A stretch of DNA of 64,000 nucleotides from Tubulanus polymorphus (lineage: Eukaryota; Animalia; Nemertea): the NCBI RefSeq assembly GCF_964204645.1, contig NC_134032.1:15798275-15862274 (forward strand), given 5' to 3'. The translations under genes were made by a program, and so were the position numbers. Numbering within the stretch: position 1 is the first letter of the stretch; every line of letters begins with the position of its first letter. The notes beneath the pieces are model-generated. The model made no database searches, had not been told where the DNA came from, and was given only the letters and a program-made list of their open reading frames with translations. This document shows positions 47,888 through 61,784 of the stretch, one piece after another.

Positions 47888-48430
47888 GAATATCAGGAAT
47901 CAAACCTGTTAATTATGAAGATTGGAAAATCTTTGATTTGAATATCAGGAATCAAACCTGTTAATTATGAAGATTAGAAAATCTATGATTTGAATATCAG
48001 GAATCAAACCTGTTAATTATGAAGATTAGAAAATCTATGATTTGAATATCAGGAATCAAACCTGTTAATTATGAAGATTAGAAAATCTTTGATTTGAATA
48101 TCAGGAACCAAACCTGTTAATTATGAAGATTAGAAAATCTATGATTTGAATATCAGGAATCAAACCTGTTAATTATGAAGATTAGAAAATCTTTGATTTG
48201 AATATCAGGAACCAAACCTGTTAATTATGAAGATTAGAAAATCTTTGATTTGAATATCAGGAATCAAACCTGTTAATTATGAAGATTAGAAAATCTTTGA
48301 TTTGCATATCAGGAACCAAACCTGTTAATTATGAAGATAAGAAAATCTTTGATTTGAATATCAGGAACCAAACCTGTTAATTATGAAGATTAGAAAATCT
48401 TTGATTTGAATATCAGGAACCAAACCTCTA
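47888..48430. repeat. 52-bp tandem array, about 10 copies
   Basis: GAATATCAGGAATCAAACCTGTTAATTATGAAGATTAGAAAATCTTTGATTT. Confidence 0.95.
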
Positions 48431-49675
48431 ATTGTCAAGATTTGATTGTCTCAATTTAGTAATTCCTTGTTTCTAAATAATCAAAATAACGATTTAAAAA
48501 AAATGGTTTGATCAAAAAAGGTATTGTTTAAATTTAAAAGGAAGAATAATTATTGTTTGAAAGAAAAAAAATGATGTAAGAAAAAAAAATATTGTAAAAA
48601 AAAAATATATTGTAAATCAACAAGACGACAGAAAGACGACAGAATCAGCGACAACAACAACAACATCAGAGGAAGCAGTAATCAATAATTAATCAGCTCC
48701 TGAATGAAATCCACTACTCACATACCAACCATACTCAGCTTCAGCAGACTTAGAACATCTGGTGACTTGCAGTTCATCTCACGAGCAAATCAGGTAATTA
48801 TCTTATATTTTAGTATGAAACGCTTATTTTACCCGTTTGTTTTTAAAATTTAATGAGTTTACTCTGAAATCTTTATTCATTTGTCATTTATTTTTGTCTT
48901 TTCAGTTTTCAATTTGCTGTTACAATGGTACCGGTAGTTAAGATAACAGACATTATTCAGCGGTTAGAAATCTTATTGCGGTTTTTTTATATTAAGAGAT
49001 TTATTCACAAATTGTCCGTACAACTGGCAACATAGAATTCATCTGACAAGCAAATCAGGTAATTATCTTATATTTCTGTATGAAATCGCCTATCATTTAT
49101 TATCGTTGGTTTTTCCGATTAAATGACTTTGGAATCTTATTCATTTATTGTTTATTTTTTGTCTTTTCAGTTTTCAATTAGCTGTGATCAGTTATAGTCA
49201 GAAACTGTTACAATGTTACTTAAGATATTGAAGACTTAATTCGGCGTAGATTGAAGAAAATCTCATTGCGACTTCCTGATATAACCAGATACGAATTGTT
49301 CGCAAGTTGCAGCTTAGAAATCATCACTCAAACAAATCAGGTAATTATCTCATGTTTTTCTATGAAATTCTTGAAAGCCTTTTTTTTCAATAAGTGAATT
49401 GACTTTGACATCTTTATTTATTTGTTGTTTATTTTTTGTCTTTTCAGTTTGTCATTTGTTGAGATTCACATGCAGTAGAAATTGAGAGTCTGCTATTTCA
49501 TTGAACCAACACTTTGCATCTATAGGATAGTGATTGAGATCGAACTAATGTGATTGAAACCTTGAAAACAGTTCTGTTCACACCAGTAGAATTCCGTGTG
49601 AACCAATGCCGTGCAGTTCCGTTCAAAACAATTTGGTTCTAGTGATTGCGCAGTGATTACTCGGCTGAACTTCAC

Positions 49676-50345
49676 GTAATTCAGTGCCGAGAACCGCAAT
49701 TAAACAATGAACCGGACCAGTGTAATTCAGTGTCCAGAACCGCAATTAAACGATAAACCGGACCAGTGTAATTCATTGTTGAGAACCGCAATTAAACAAT
49801 GAACCGGACCTGTGTAATTCAGTGTCGAGAACCGCAATTAAACGATGAACCGGACCAGTGTAATTCAGTGTCGAGAACCGCAATTAAACGATGAACCGGA
49901 CCAGTGTAATTCAGTGTCGAGAACCGCAATTAAATGATGAACCGGACCAGTGTAATTCAGTGTCGAGAACCGCAATTAAACGATGAACCGGACCAGTGTA
50001 ATTCAGTGTCGAGAACCGCAATTAAACGATGAACCGGACCAGTGTAATTCAGTGTCAAGAATCACAATTAAACGATGAATCGGACCAGTGTAATTCAGTG
50101 TCCAGAACCGCAGTTAAACGATGAATCGGACCAGTGTAATTCAGTGTCTAGAACCGCAATTAAACGACGAACCGGACCAGTGTAATTCAGTGTGGAGAAC
50201 CGCAATTAAACGATGAACCGGACCAGTGTAATTCAGTGTCCAGAACCGCAATTAAACGATGAACCGGACCAGTGTAATTCAGTGTCGAGAACCGCAATTA
50301 AACGATGAACCGGACCAATGTAATTCAGTGTCCAGAACCGCAATT
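49676..50345. repeat. 46-bp tandem array, about 14 copies
   Basis: AACCGCAATTAAACGATGAACCGGACCAGTGTAATTCAGTGTCGAG. Confidence 0.95.
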
Positions 50346-50659
50346 TCATAATGATCTGAAGTTGTAATAGTGTTGTGTAATCGCGTAATGGATCAAGTGG
50401 AAGGAGTTTAAAGGTGTTGAAACTGTTTAAGTATAATTGGTGACTTTCGTTCGTTCGCATCCAACAGAATCAACAAAGACTAGAAAAAAAGACTAAAAAA
50501 ATGATTGAATGTAAATGAATTGAGTTTAGGTTGTAATGAGAAAATAATGAGATGCATGTAATTTATGATTAATGGATGAAAAATAGAAAATATTGAAGTT
50601 AAGAAAGTTAACAAAATTTATAGGATTTTATGTTGTGTTTAGACTCGTCTACAGAAAAT

Positions 50660-51605
50660 CTCTGATCAGGTTCGGCAGTTATAATTCATTAATGTTGAAC
50701 TCTGTCAGAGATTTTTAAGAATTTAAGGTGATTCACAAGTATAAATCTGATGTTTTAATTTCTGGGTTTCAGATATTAAATCAAAAGGTTTTACTTCTGA
50801 ATCACTTTAGGTTTAGGTAAGTTAAAAATGGTTCCTATTTTGTTCTGTTAAGACTGATTAAAGGGTGGAAAAACTTGATTCAAATTTAATAATTTGAATG
50901 AGGTTTTCCAATGATAATCTTTTGATCAGGTTCGGCAGTTATAATTCATAACTGTTGAACTTAATCCACGATTATTGAGAACTGTTTTCAGGTCGTGATT
51001 CACAAGTATAAATCTGATGTTTTAATCTCTGAGTTTCAGAGATTAAATCTGAAGGTTTTTACTTCTGGATCACTTTTGGGTTTTGACAAGTTGTAAGTTG
51101 TTGCTATTGAGTTCTGTTAAAACTAATTAATGGGTGGAAAAACTTGATTCAAATTAATAATCTGGATCAAGTTTTCCAATAATAATCCGCGATCAAGTTC
51201 GGCAGTTATAATTCATAGCTGTTGAACTTAATCCACGATTTTTAAGAACTGTTATAAGGTGATTCACAAGTATAAATCTGATGTTTTAATCTCTGGGTTT
51301 CAGAGATTAAATCAATAGGTTTTTACTTCTGGATCACTTTAGGTTTAGGTAAGTTAAAAATGGTTCCTATTGTGTTCTGTTAAAACTGATTAAAAGGTGG
51401 AAAAACTTGATTCAAATTAATAATCTGGATCAAGTTTTCCAATGATAATCCGCGATCAGGTTCAGCAGTTATAATTCATAACTGTTGAACTTGATCCACA
51501 AGAACTGTTATAAGGTGATTCACAAGTATAAATCTGATGTTTTAATCTCTGGGTTTCAGAGATTAAATCAATAGGTTTTTACTTCTGGGTCACTTTGGGT
51601 TTAAG
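50660..51605. repeat. Tandem repeat of about 265 bp, 3.5 copies
   Basis: Anchor GATCAGGTTCGGCAGTTATAATTCAT near 50664, 50924, 51191 and 51454. Confidence 0.9.
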
Positions 51606-53394
51606 TAATTCCTAAATTTGTTGTAATTCATGAATTGGTAGAATTTCTGTTTTTAGGTGACATGTTCAATTGATCAGAGCAGTAATTTGTTTCTGTGCAT
51701 AAGTTGAATTGATTTATGTTAAATATAAAAAACAATGGTTTATTGTAAAGAATGTCATTTCTGATAAATTTCAATTCTTATTTGTGTGACAATACCTCAG
51801 AGTGAAAAAATGTTGTAAAAGGTTCTTGAATAAATGATTGTTGAATTTCATAAATATTTTGTTTTTGATGAAGGGATTTTTCAGGTTCTGGATTTTAAGA
51901 ATTTGATTTCAGCACACAGTTCCTCAGTGGTCCTCTAGTTTAAGTAAGATGACATACTCATTCCTTGTGTCATGCCTTTTCTTCACAATATCTTTGACAG
52001 ATGAACCACACACTTTTCATGAGGATTACAAAAAGTGATTTGAGGAAATTAAGGTTGATACTATCGATCTTTTTTCTAAATGACGGTGGGATATCAGGAA
52101 TTTAAGTTGGCTTTTTAATAAACGCTCCTTTTACTTTACTCAATATCTACGACCTCTATAATTCTCTAACCCTCATTCTGTGATTGGTCATCCTCGCTTG
52201 CCAGGGCCAACTTTGGTTATCGGCGTTAGTCGAAACCGAATGTCACTTAGTCGGAACTACAGTCCGGAAAGCGTTCGGAAATTAATCGCATTCGGTTCCG
52301 ACCATTAGTCGACTAGCTACGAAACCCGAATTTGGCCCAGGTTGCCAGGGGCCCGGCATCGCTCCCGAACTCGCTTCCTATCAGGGGAACGGGCTTTAGC
52401 TTAATGAGTTCGAATCCCTTGACGGATGAAGATGTGGTGAACCTAGTTTTCTGATGTCAGTCTGGGGTTCTGTGGTTTATCAGAAAATTAATGATTTAAT
52501 TGCACATCGTAAAAAGTTTAATAATTTGGGCACAATTCTTGAGAAGAAATCAAGCTTTTTACTTGCTGCAGGTTTTTTCCCAGAGGGAGACAGATCGTCC
52601 GAGTGTACGTCCGGATCCGCCTTTATGCCTCATTCCGATTCTGCTCATTTGCATATATTTTCAAGATGGCGGCTATTGATCGATCGTAAATAAATAACCA
52701 ACTTTTTGAACCAAATCAGCGCTTTCTCAAGTTCAATTTGAGATTTATTAGCTCAATGGCAACTGTAAGTGGAAAAAGTCTCATTTATTTGTTACTGTTT
52801 GTTTATCAAATCTACTCGAAAATAGAAATTAAAGCCGTTCAAATGTGTTATTCGAGCAAATTCAATTCAAATATGAACTCTCGTACCCTTACTCCCGACG
52901 GACTGTTGTGTGAAGATCGTGGAAGTCGATCTGTCCACCAAGAGATACATAAAAAATGAAGGAAATATGTGAAATGCGAAACTAAAATAGATTTAATCAG
53001 CAAACTGGCCTAACTTTAATCGAAGCATCCTCACTGAATGAATTCAAATCCATGTGTTGAGACGCCATATCTCGGCTTTACAATCAATATCAATACGGTC
53101 ACATTCAAAAACATTTCATCCCTTGTTTTTTATAAAGTAAGCGTCACGACCGCCTAATACTGATCATTAACGACCAATTGTTTATCGTAACTCTATAGAT
53201 AAACGATATGAACAAGTTTGATTGTATCTCATGATGTTATTTGTTAATTAAATACCTAATTAAAACAAACAATATCAAAACAGGGTATTTCTGTGATATT
53301 TTGAATCTATTTACTGTTCATATTTAGCGCGATTCTCGCCAGATTATCAACAACCCGAAAATAGAATCCAAGCCAGTTTACGAGGCCCTGTGAA

Positions 53395-53790
53395 TTGCCT
53401 CCCGCTGAAGCTCACGCCAACACAAACCCTTCATTGGTTCATTGCATCACCCATGATTTCTGATTGGCTAGTGGGTGCTGAACAGAAATTATGGACAATG
53501 ATATAGACCAATGTGGGGTTTGCGGCCTGGGCCAACTTTCGTAGCTAGTCGACAAACCCTTCATTGGAGTAAATTGCATCGCACACGATTTCTTGGGCTG
53601 ACAGGTTAACGCTCAGCGCCCACCAGTCTTTATATCTAGCCAATCAGATGCATTGTTTTTACGGACACGTTTGCTCTATGAATACCACGCTGAGTGAAGC
53701 GGGAACCTGTTGAAATCTTGGGCAATGCAATACACCAATGAAGGGTTTGCGGCCTGGGTTTGGGTTGACGTGAGCTTCAGCGGGCAGCAA
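53395..53790. mobile_element. MITE-like element with TIRs CCCGCTGAAGCTCACG
   Basis: Inverted termini at about 53401 and about 53784. Confidence 0.65.
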
Positions 53791-54309
53791 TCAAACACTG
53801 GCAAGTGAGGAGGGGTCGGGGAAGCGAGGTCAAATAGATGGAGGGGGTGTAGTCTGTGTCTGTTGTTTCAATTTCACCTCCTGAATTGTGATTAAAATAC
53901 GTCTGATACCCGAGTGTTCCAATGGGCAGTAATCAAACACTATTGATTTTAGGTATAGCAGAAGGACTGTCACGAGAACGTTACAGGAAACGTGCGGTTA
54001 TCATAAATGTTTCCAAATGCCACGTTGAACATGTCTGATATCCGAGTGTTCCCTGTATCACAATTCTAGCTAATTCTCTTTCTTTTGAATTGATGATAAC
54101 CTGAATGAACCACTGAATGAACCACTGAATGAACCACTGAATGAACCAAGGTTCTTCTGATTCATTCAATTGTCTATAACTGATGTATGTGATCTGTGAA
54201 GAGTCTACAATCAACAGATGTGAAATCAAATTATATTCTCTGTTTCAGGCGTCATGTCACGTACTATCATCGCGGCTTGAAATACTATTCGGGGAATGGT
54301 GGAGCATTT

Positions 54310-54590
54310 TTAGGAGCAGCGTCATAGGAGTAATGCAGATGCAGCATCATAGGAGTAGTACAAGAGCAGCATCATAGGAGCAGCAAGAGCAGCATCATAG
54401 GAGCAGCAAGAGCAGCATCATAGGAGTAATGCAGATGCAGCATCATAGGAGTAACAAGAGCAGCATCATAGGAGCAGCAAGAGCAGCATCATAGGAGCAG
54501 CAAGAGCAGCATCATAGGAGTAATGCAGATGCAGCATCATAGGAGCAACAAGAGCAGTATTATAGGAGCAGCAAGAGCAGCATCACAAGC
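54310..54590. repeat. 23/26-bp minisatellite (ATAGGAGCAGCAAGAGCAGCATC)
   Basis: Visible. Confidence 0.9.
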
Positions 54591-55461
54591 ACAGCAGAAA
54601 AACCAAGATAAGTAGATTTGTATTAACACAGAAAATAGAAAAGCTGTTGAATGTTTTCTATAGTAAAAATGTTTTAGGCCTACGACACAATCTGATTTGT
54701 GTCAGATTGTAACTGTAGAAGTTTCACTCATTGTTTCAGTCTAATAGAGATATAACTGATGTACATGTAACACTGACTGTGTAACACTGCAGTCATTTCT
54801 TCAATTATTCCTCCTCAGTTAGAAGAATGTTTGTTCTCTCATCTTCATTAGCAATAAGAATCATTGCCATCCGTCCAACTATAGCATCATAACATTTCTA
54901 CTTATCTAATCATAGAGGGAATGAGTAGTATGAGGTTTGGGTATGGAATGGGGCAGGGTATGGTGTAGTTGACAGTTAGGGTAGGATAGGGTAATGTGAT
55001 GAGGTAAGGTCGGTTGAATGATGCAGGGTTGTTTGATGTGGTTGTATTAGATGATGAGTTTGATGTAGAACTGGTCGAGGTTGGTGTATGTGGTAGTGTA
55101 CGGTGTGTATGTTCAGGAGGGTGTATGATGATAATGGATTGAAAGGTTGCTGGTAGATGGCGGTACAGTAGTGATGCTGGTTTGGTTTATGTAGGGTAGG
55201 GCCTGTGTACAGGGTTAAGGATAGGGTAGGGCATGGTCGGAGAAATGGGAGAGGAAAAGTGTGCTTAATGTGGGAAAGGGTATTTTGGTTTTCAGCCCAC
55301 TTGAATAGATTTATTATGTTGATTATCAACACGATAGTTTCTCATCACTTTAGTATTTTTTTTTCTACAACTTTTTTGGAAATTTGTGAAATTGATTTTA
55401 ACACAGAACTTAATGAGCGAAGTTTGTCTGACCAATTCCCCCGGTCCTGTGTCCTTATATA

Positions 55462-55595
55462 CTGAGTCTATAGCCTGGTGCTGTTGAGTCTATAGCCTGG
55501 TGCTGTTGAGTCTATAGCCTGGTGCAGTCGAGTCTATAGCCTGGTGCGGTTCAGTCTATAGCCTGGGGCGGTTGAGTCTATAGCCTGGTGCTGTT
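55462..55595. repeat. 22-bp tandem repeat x6 (GAGTCTATAGCCTGGTGCTGTT)
   Basis: Visible. Confidence 0.9.
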
Positions 55596-56203
55596 GTATC
55601 ACAGGTCGTTTGATGCATTATTTAAAATATCACACGTAACATTTTCAACTATTGTTACCTTTTTGATAAACTAAGTGAGATATTTGGGATTTCACAAGTT
55701 GGAGCAAGCGATTTTTGGCTTTTCAATAGATTCTGACTTTTGAATAGATGAACTTTAGTGGAAAAGATGAGAAAATTGAGACAAATTACAGGGACACATT
55801 TCTGATATAAATAGTTGTAGATTCATCTATTTAAAGTTCATGAGTAGTTGGAGTTGGATTTGGAGTAACACAAGTATTTTATTCGGTACAATTGCGTGTG
55901 CAGAATAGCCCATCATTTTTGAAATTGGTTTCACTCAAAATACATGTATACTGAAAATACTCTCTTGTATTTGTATAAATTCTTAGTTGAACAAGGATTT
56001 TGATCTCAACTAATTAGCACACATTACTGACATATTTCAAATTTCGATGTTTAAATGTTTCTAAGCCCGTATAGACAGCCTGTCCTATTGACTGCACAGG
56101 TCTTATTAGAAAATATATGCATATTCTACAGTTCTGTTGCGCTTCGAAGTAACCGTGTTATGTGTATAAGACAAATTAGATATAAAAAAAACACTGGTCA
56201 AGT

Positions 56204-56275
56204 GGACTATTGATCTACTGGTTAGCACGTTTGCTTTCTATGAACGAGACCTGGGTTCGATTCCCGGTGAGTGCG
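56204..56275 (+). pseudogene. tRNA-Glu(TTC)-like pseudogene or SINE head
   Basis: A-box TGATCTACTGGTTAGC, anticodon arm gtttg-CTTTCTA-tgaac, T-arm CTGGGTTCGATTCCCGG; acceptor stem does not pair. Confidence 0.55.
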
Positions 56276-58920
56276 CGTAATTTCAATGTCACCTCTTAAT
56301 CGTTATATGTCCTTAGATGGATAGGATACGAGGGTAAATAAAAACATTATTTAGGTAACTGCCAGGTTTCAGTATCGTACCCAGCCTTACCTTCCCGACC
56401 TCCTTCCCGCGCTAGCTATTCCAAAATCTCTTCATGAGATACATCGAGAATGATGCAATTGAAGATTGAATTCATCGATTCATTTTGGAATTGAAACTTG
56501 TTTCATGGAACAAATGGCACACATGATTTATCAATGAGCAGTGATATGATTCTGATTAAGTATATAGTAAACTGTTGCCCTACTACTGGTTTTAAAAGCA
56601 CTGATTGAGATGGATTTAAACCCAGTTCAATTACTATATTTCCTATATATACACTTACTGCCGGTTGGTACTGATACATAGCCAGGAGAGACAGCCATAA
56701 GAAAAAGAATGAACATGAAGAGTGGAGGGTTTATTCCACTGTCCGCCTAGCGGATAGGCAGTGGTCTATTACTACCTCGACTCAAAAAGAAAAGAAAAGA
56801 AAAGAATATATAAAGAGTGGGGTCTGAGAGCAATTCGAAGGTTTAGTCCACTGTCCGCCTAGCGGGTAGGCAGTGGTCTATTCCTACCTCGACTCAAGAA
56901 AAGGTGAGCTTAAAGCCACCAAGCACAAAAGTGGGGTCCGAAGGGTAGTCCTCTGCTGGCTTAGAAAGCGGGCAGTGGTCTATACCTACCTCATGTGCTT
57001 AAAAATGTTCACAAAAAATGGCTAGTGAGAGATAGATAGGAGGCGCTTAGTTTCAAGTACCACTGGACGTAAAGTGACAAATATAAGAAATATTTTACGG
57101 TAAACCTTGAATTTACAAACTATTGTGGGTTCAGAGTTTATTTTTCAACAGTTTGCTGTTTCCAAGCTGGTAGTAGGGTAAAAACTATCCTATCTGAGAT
57201 TTGGGCTCAGTTTTATTGACTAAGAAGACAAAGTTAAAACCTGGTTAAAAATTTTCCCAGGGATTATTTTACTGTTCCACAACTATGAAACCCATCCCTG
57301 AAGATTTGTTGTCATTTGCTTCGTGAATCATTCACTTGTTAAAATGTGACACACAATCAAAATATTGTTACTGATTTGTCATTGTTTTAAGGGTGTCTTG
57401 ATATTCAATATCTTCCAGGTATCATCTCCTAGTATTTCATGGAATGGAGGAGTAGTTTGAGTGAATGGGAGGCATGGAGAGATAGGACTAAAATATCTTA
57501 CTTGTTTTAGCTTTAGTTTGAGATCATCTGATTGATTTTAGTCTATAATTCTTTTTGTCTGTTGTTCCTATAGATTTTATCTCAAATGAATCACATTCAT
57601 AGCTTATTCCAGATCATCTGATTCTAGTGGTATTTACATCCTCGACTACTTTTCAACTAGTAGTTCATTATAGGCCTTAGACGTCACATCCATAGCTCCT
57701 TCCACTACTCGTGAATGTACAATCCAATCCTATTCAATGATGCTGTTTATGATGGAATGTGTCAAAGTAGATGTCGATATATTTTCATCCTCAGGTAAAT
57801 CTTGAAAATCTGGCTGATTTCAATCGAAAGCCAGTAATTATTATCTTATTTCAAAATGTGAATAGCTGTAAGGAATAAGGGATTGATTTGAAAGGATTAG
57901 AGACATTGAGATGTCTAAAGGGAAGCACTACTATCACTCATCGTACCTCAACTGTCCTAGCCCCACCCCAACATCTGTGCAGATATCTGAACAATTCTAC
58001 CAAAATCACCCTCAACAACACCAAAATATCCTTCCTCACATTACCCACACTTTTCCTCTCCCATCACTCTGACCATGCCTTACCTATCCTTAACCCTGTA
58101 CACCAGCCCCTACCCTACATAAACCAAACCAGTGTCACTACTGTACCGCCCTCTACCAGTAACCTTTCAATCCATCATCATACACCCTCCCTAACTATAC
58201 ATCGTACACTACCACATACATCAACCTCGACCAGTTCTATATCAAACTCATCATCTAATACAACCACATCAAATAACCCTGCACCATCCAACCTGACCTT
58301 TTTTTACCACAGTGTCCTATCCTATCCTAACAGTCAACTACACCATACCCTGCCCCATTCCATACCCAAACGCCATAATACTCATTCCTTCTATGATTGA
58401 ATAAGTAGAAATGTTATGATGTTGTAGTTACACGGATGAGAATGATTCTTATCGCTAATGAAGATGAGAGAACAAACATTCTTCCAACTGGGGAGGAATA
58501 AGTGAACAAATGACAGCAGTGTTACACAGTCAGTGTTACATGTACATCAGTTATATCTCTATTAGACTGAAACAATGAGTGAAACTTCTACAGTTACAAT
58601 CTGACACAAATCAAACTGTGTCAGATAACATTTTTACATTAGCCAAAAAATATTTTCTAATGCAGCATGATTGCTGAGTGCAGGATAGAAATCATCTTTA
58701 AATCTTGAGAAATACATGTATTAGAATTTAAGCAATGTCTGTTTTCACATTTCAGTGGTTGATATTGCCTGAACTAGTCGCTAATCCACAGCCAAGACCT
58801 ATAAGCTGACTCCAGATCTGGTGAGTATGTATGCAGGGAAATTGGATAAAATCATGAGATTTTCTAGATATTTCAATCGTGGAATTTTACCTTTACAGCC
58901 TTCAGCCCAAGGTTAAACTA

Positions 58921-60488
58921 TCCAAGTGCTGCAGAATCTACCCCCAGTGAGACACTGTCTGGTGAACTCACCATCCAAGTGCTGCAGAATCTACCCCCAG
59001 TGAGACACTGTCTGGTGAACTCAACATCCAAGTGCTGCAGAATCTACCCCCAGTGAGACACTGTCTGGTGAACTCAACATCCAAGTGCTGCAGAATCTAC
59101 CCCCAGTGAGACACTGTCTGGTGAACTCAACATCCAAGTGCTGCAGAATCTACCCCCAGTGAGACACTGTCTGGTGAACTCAACATCCTAGAATCTACCC
59201 CCAGTGTGACACTGTCTGGTGAACTCAACATCCTAGAATCTACCCCCGGGCCCAGTGAGATGCTGTCTGGTGAACTCAACATCCTAGAATCTAGCCCCAG
59301 TGAGACACTGTCTGGTGAACTCAACATCCAAGTGCTACAGAATCTACCCCCAGTGAGACACTGTCTGGTGAACTCAACATCCAAGTGCTGCAGAATCTAC
59401 CCCCAGTGAGACACTGTCTGGTGAACTCAACATCCAAGTGCTGCAGAATCTACCCCCAGTGAGACACTGTCTGGTGAACTCAACATCCAAGTGCTGCAGA
59501 ATCTACCCCCAGTGAGACACTGTCTGGTGAACTCAACATCCAAGTGCTGCAGAATCTACCCCCAGTGAGACACTGTCTGGTGAACTCAACATCCAAGTGC
59601 TGCAGAATCTACCCCCAGTGAGACACTGTCTGGTGAACTCAACATCCAAGTGCTGCAGAATCTACCCCCAGTGAGACACTGTCTGGTGAACTCAACATCC
59701 AAGTGCTGCAGAATCTACCCCCAGTGAGACACTGTCTGGTGAACTCAACATCCTAGAATCTACCCCCAGTGTGACACTGTCTGGTGAACTCAACATCCTA
59801 GAATCTACCCCCGGGCCCAGTGAGATGCTGTCTGGTGAACTCAACATCCTAGAATCTAGCCCCAGTGAGACACTGTCTGGTGAACTCAACATCCAAGTGC
59901 TACAGAATCTACCCCCAGTGAGACACTGTCTGGTGAACTCAACATCCTAGAATCTACCCCCAGTGAGATGCTGTCTGGTGAACTCAACATCCTAGAATCT
60001 ACCCCCAGTGAGACACTGTCTGGTGAACTCAACATCCAAGTGCTGCAGAATCTACCCCCAGTGAGACACTGTCTGGTGAACTCAACATCCAAGTGCTGCA
60101 GAATCTACCCCCAGTGAGACACTGTCTGGTGAACTCAACATCCAAGTGCTACAGAATCTACCCCCAGTGAGACACTGTCTGGTGAACTCAACATCCAAGT
60201 GCTGCAGAATCTACCCCCAGTGAGACACTGTCTGGTGAACTCAACATCCAAGTGCTGCAGAATCTACCCCCAGTGAGACACTGTCTGGTGAACTCAACAT
60301 CCTAGAATCTACCCCCAGTGAGACACTGTCCGGTGAACTCAACATCCAAGTGCTGCAGAATCTACCCCCAGTGAGACACTGTCTGGTGAACTCAACATCC
60401 TAGAATCTACCCCCAGTGAGACACTGTCTGGTGAACTTAACATCCTAGAATCTACCCCCGGGCCCAGTGAGATGCTGTCTGGTGAACT
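58921..60488. repeat. 53-bp satellite (45- and 51-bp variants), array 1
   Basis: CAAGTGCTGCAGAATCTACCCCCAGTGAGACACTGTCTGGTGAACTCAACATC. Confidence 0.98.
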
Positions 60489-61784
60489 GATAAATTTGAC
60501 ATCCATGCGCTACAGAATGTGAGTAATAATTACACCTAAAAATTGCTGATATGAATTTTTTCAGAGGTTTGAATTCTCCTTGATTTTGAAAATCTAAAGA
60601 TGCTAAAGATATAAGATATGCTGTGTAAAGACAACAATTTAACCAGTTGTCGATGAGAACCTTTGACTGTTTTGAGTGATTTCTGATTAAATACATGATT
60701 CAATGTGTGGTTGTCAAATGGCTCAATATTTCTAAACCTTTTTCTTATGTAATTACTGTCAAAATTCAAAATTCATTTGTCCAATCACGAGGTCTAGAAT
60801 TGGTTTTCATTGGATTCATGAAATCCAGATATTTTATTTGTTGATTTCTAAATTATTTGAAATCGCTGATTTATTTCTAATCTCACTTTGAGAATTTATT
60901 CTGAATCAGCGACGTAAGGTGACAAACTGGTCACATTGAAATACGCTGTGCTCGGTGCCTCGGGATCCGAACCCAAACCTGACCACACGTATAAATCCAA
61001 TTGAATCCATTCGGGTTCTTCCTTTTCCGAGTTAAACTCGTTTCTGTGGTTGCGAGACGGCGGGAAGAAAAATAGTGGTGGCGGTAAGGGGGGTGGTAGC
61101 CCTTAAAGTGAATATGCTCGGTGACAGGGATGGCGAAATGCCGCCCGGGGAGGACGATAGCATGAGGGCATCGGACGCTCCTTTACTGAACCGCGGACTC
61201 CGAGGCCCGAGAGTCAATTACTCGATAGGGTAGTCATGTGCGTCATGAGATACGGGTATTTCTATCCTAGCCTCAGTTGTCTGCGGGGACGCACCTTAAA
61301 ACAGTTTGAAAAAATCACCTCGAACATGTTTAAGCATAATTCACGGGCACAAAAAAAGAATAAAACAGAAAGAAAGAAAGAAAGAAAGAAGAGGTGTCGG
61401 TCGTCTTTATAAACCACTAGGGGCGAGTTTAGTTTAGACGAGGAATTTGGCATCTTAGAAATATATTCGAAATTCCTAGGTTTTAATGGACAAATCAGCT
61501 GGTGAAATATTTGAGTGTTTTATGTGATTCAATTTTAATTCAATTGCAGCCTCATCATGTAATGTATTTCATGGGAATGAACTCAAAACATGCGAGCTGG
61601 AATGTCACACTTAGAAATACATGTATCATTTGACACAAGAGATTCAGGAACATTGACAATTCCTGATTTGAAGCACATGTTTTTACCACAAAGCAGTTAA
61701 ACCTTTGTCCTTACTCTGTCTACTGTATGAATATATTCTAACATGTATTTCTTTTCATTATTTTTCTATCATTCATGCTGAGAT

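Larger units (their letters stand above)
54662..58638. repeat. Long inverted repeat: arms about 54662-55289 and 58020-58638, spacer about 2.7 kb
   Basis: Arms are reverse complements with scattered mismatches. Confidence 0.9.

Noticed and set aside
56204-56275. Functional tRNA gene
   Set aside because: Acceptor stem does not pair; kept only as pseudogene or SINE head
57888-58400. 170-aa and 118-aa His/Thr/Pro-rich ORFs (also 54976-55332)
   Set aside because: Caused by compositional skew of the inverted-repeat arms; the two arms do not preserve the same frame
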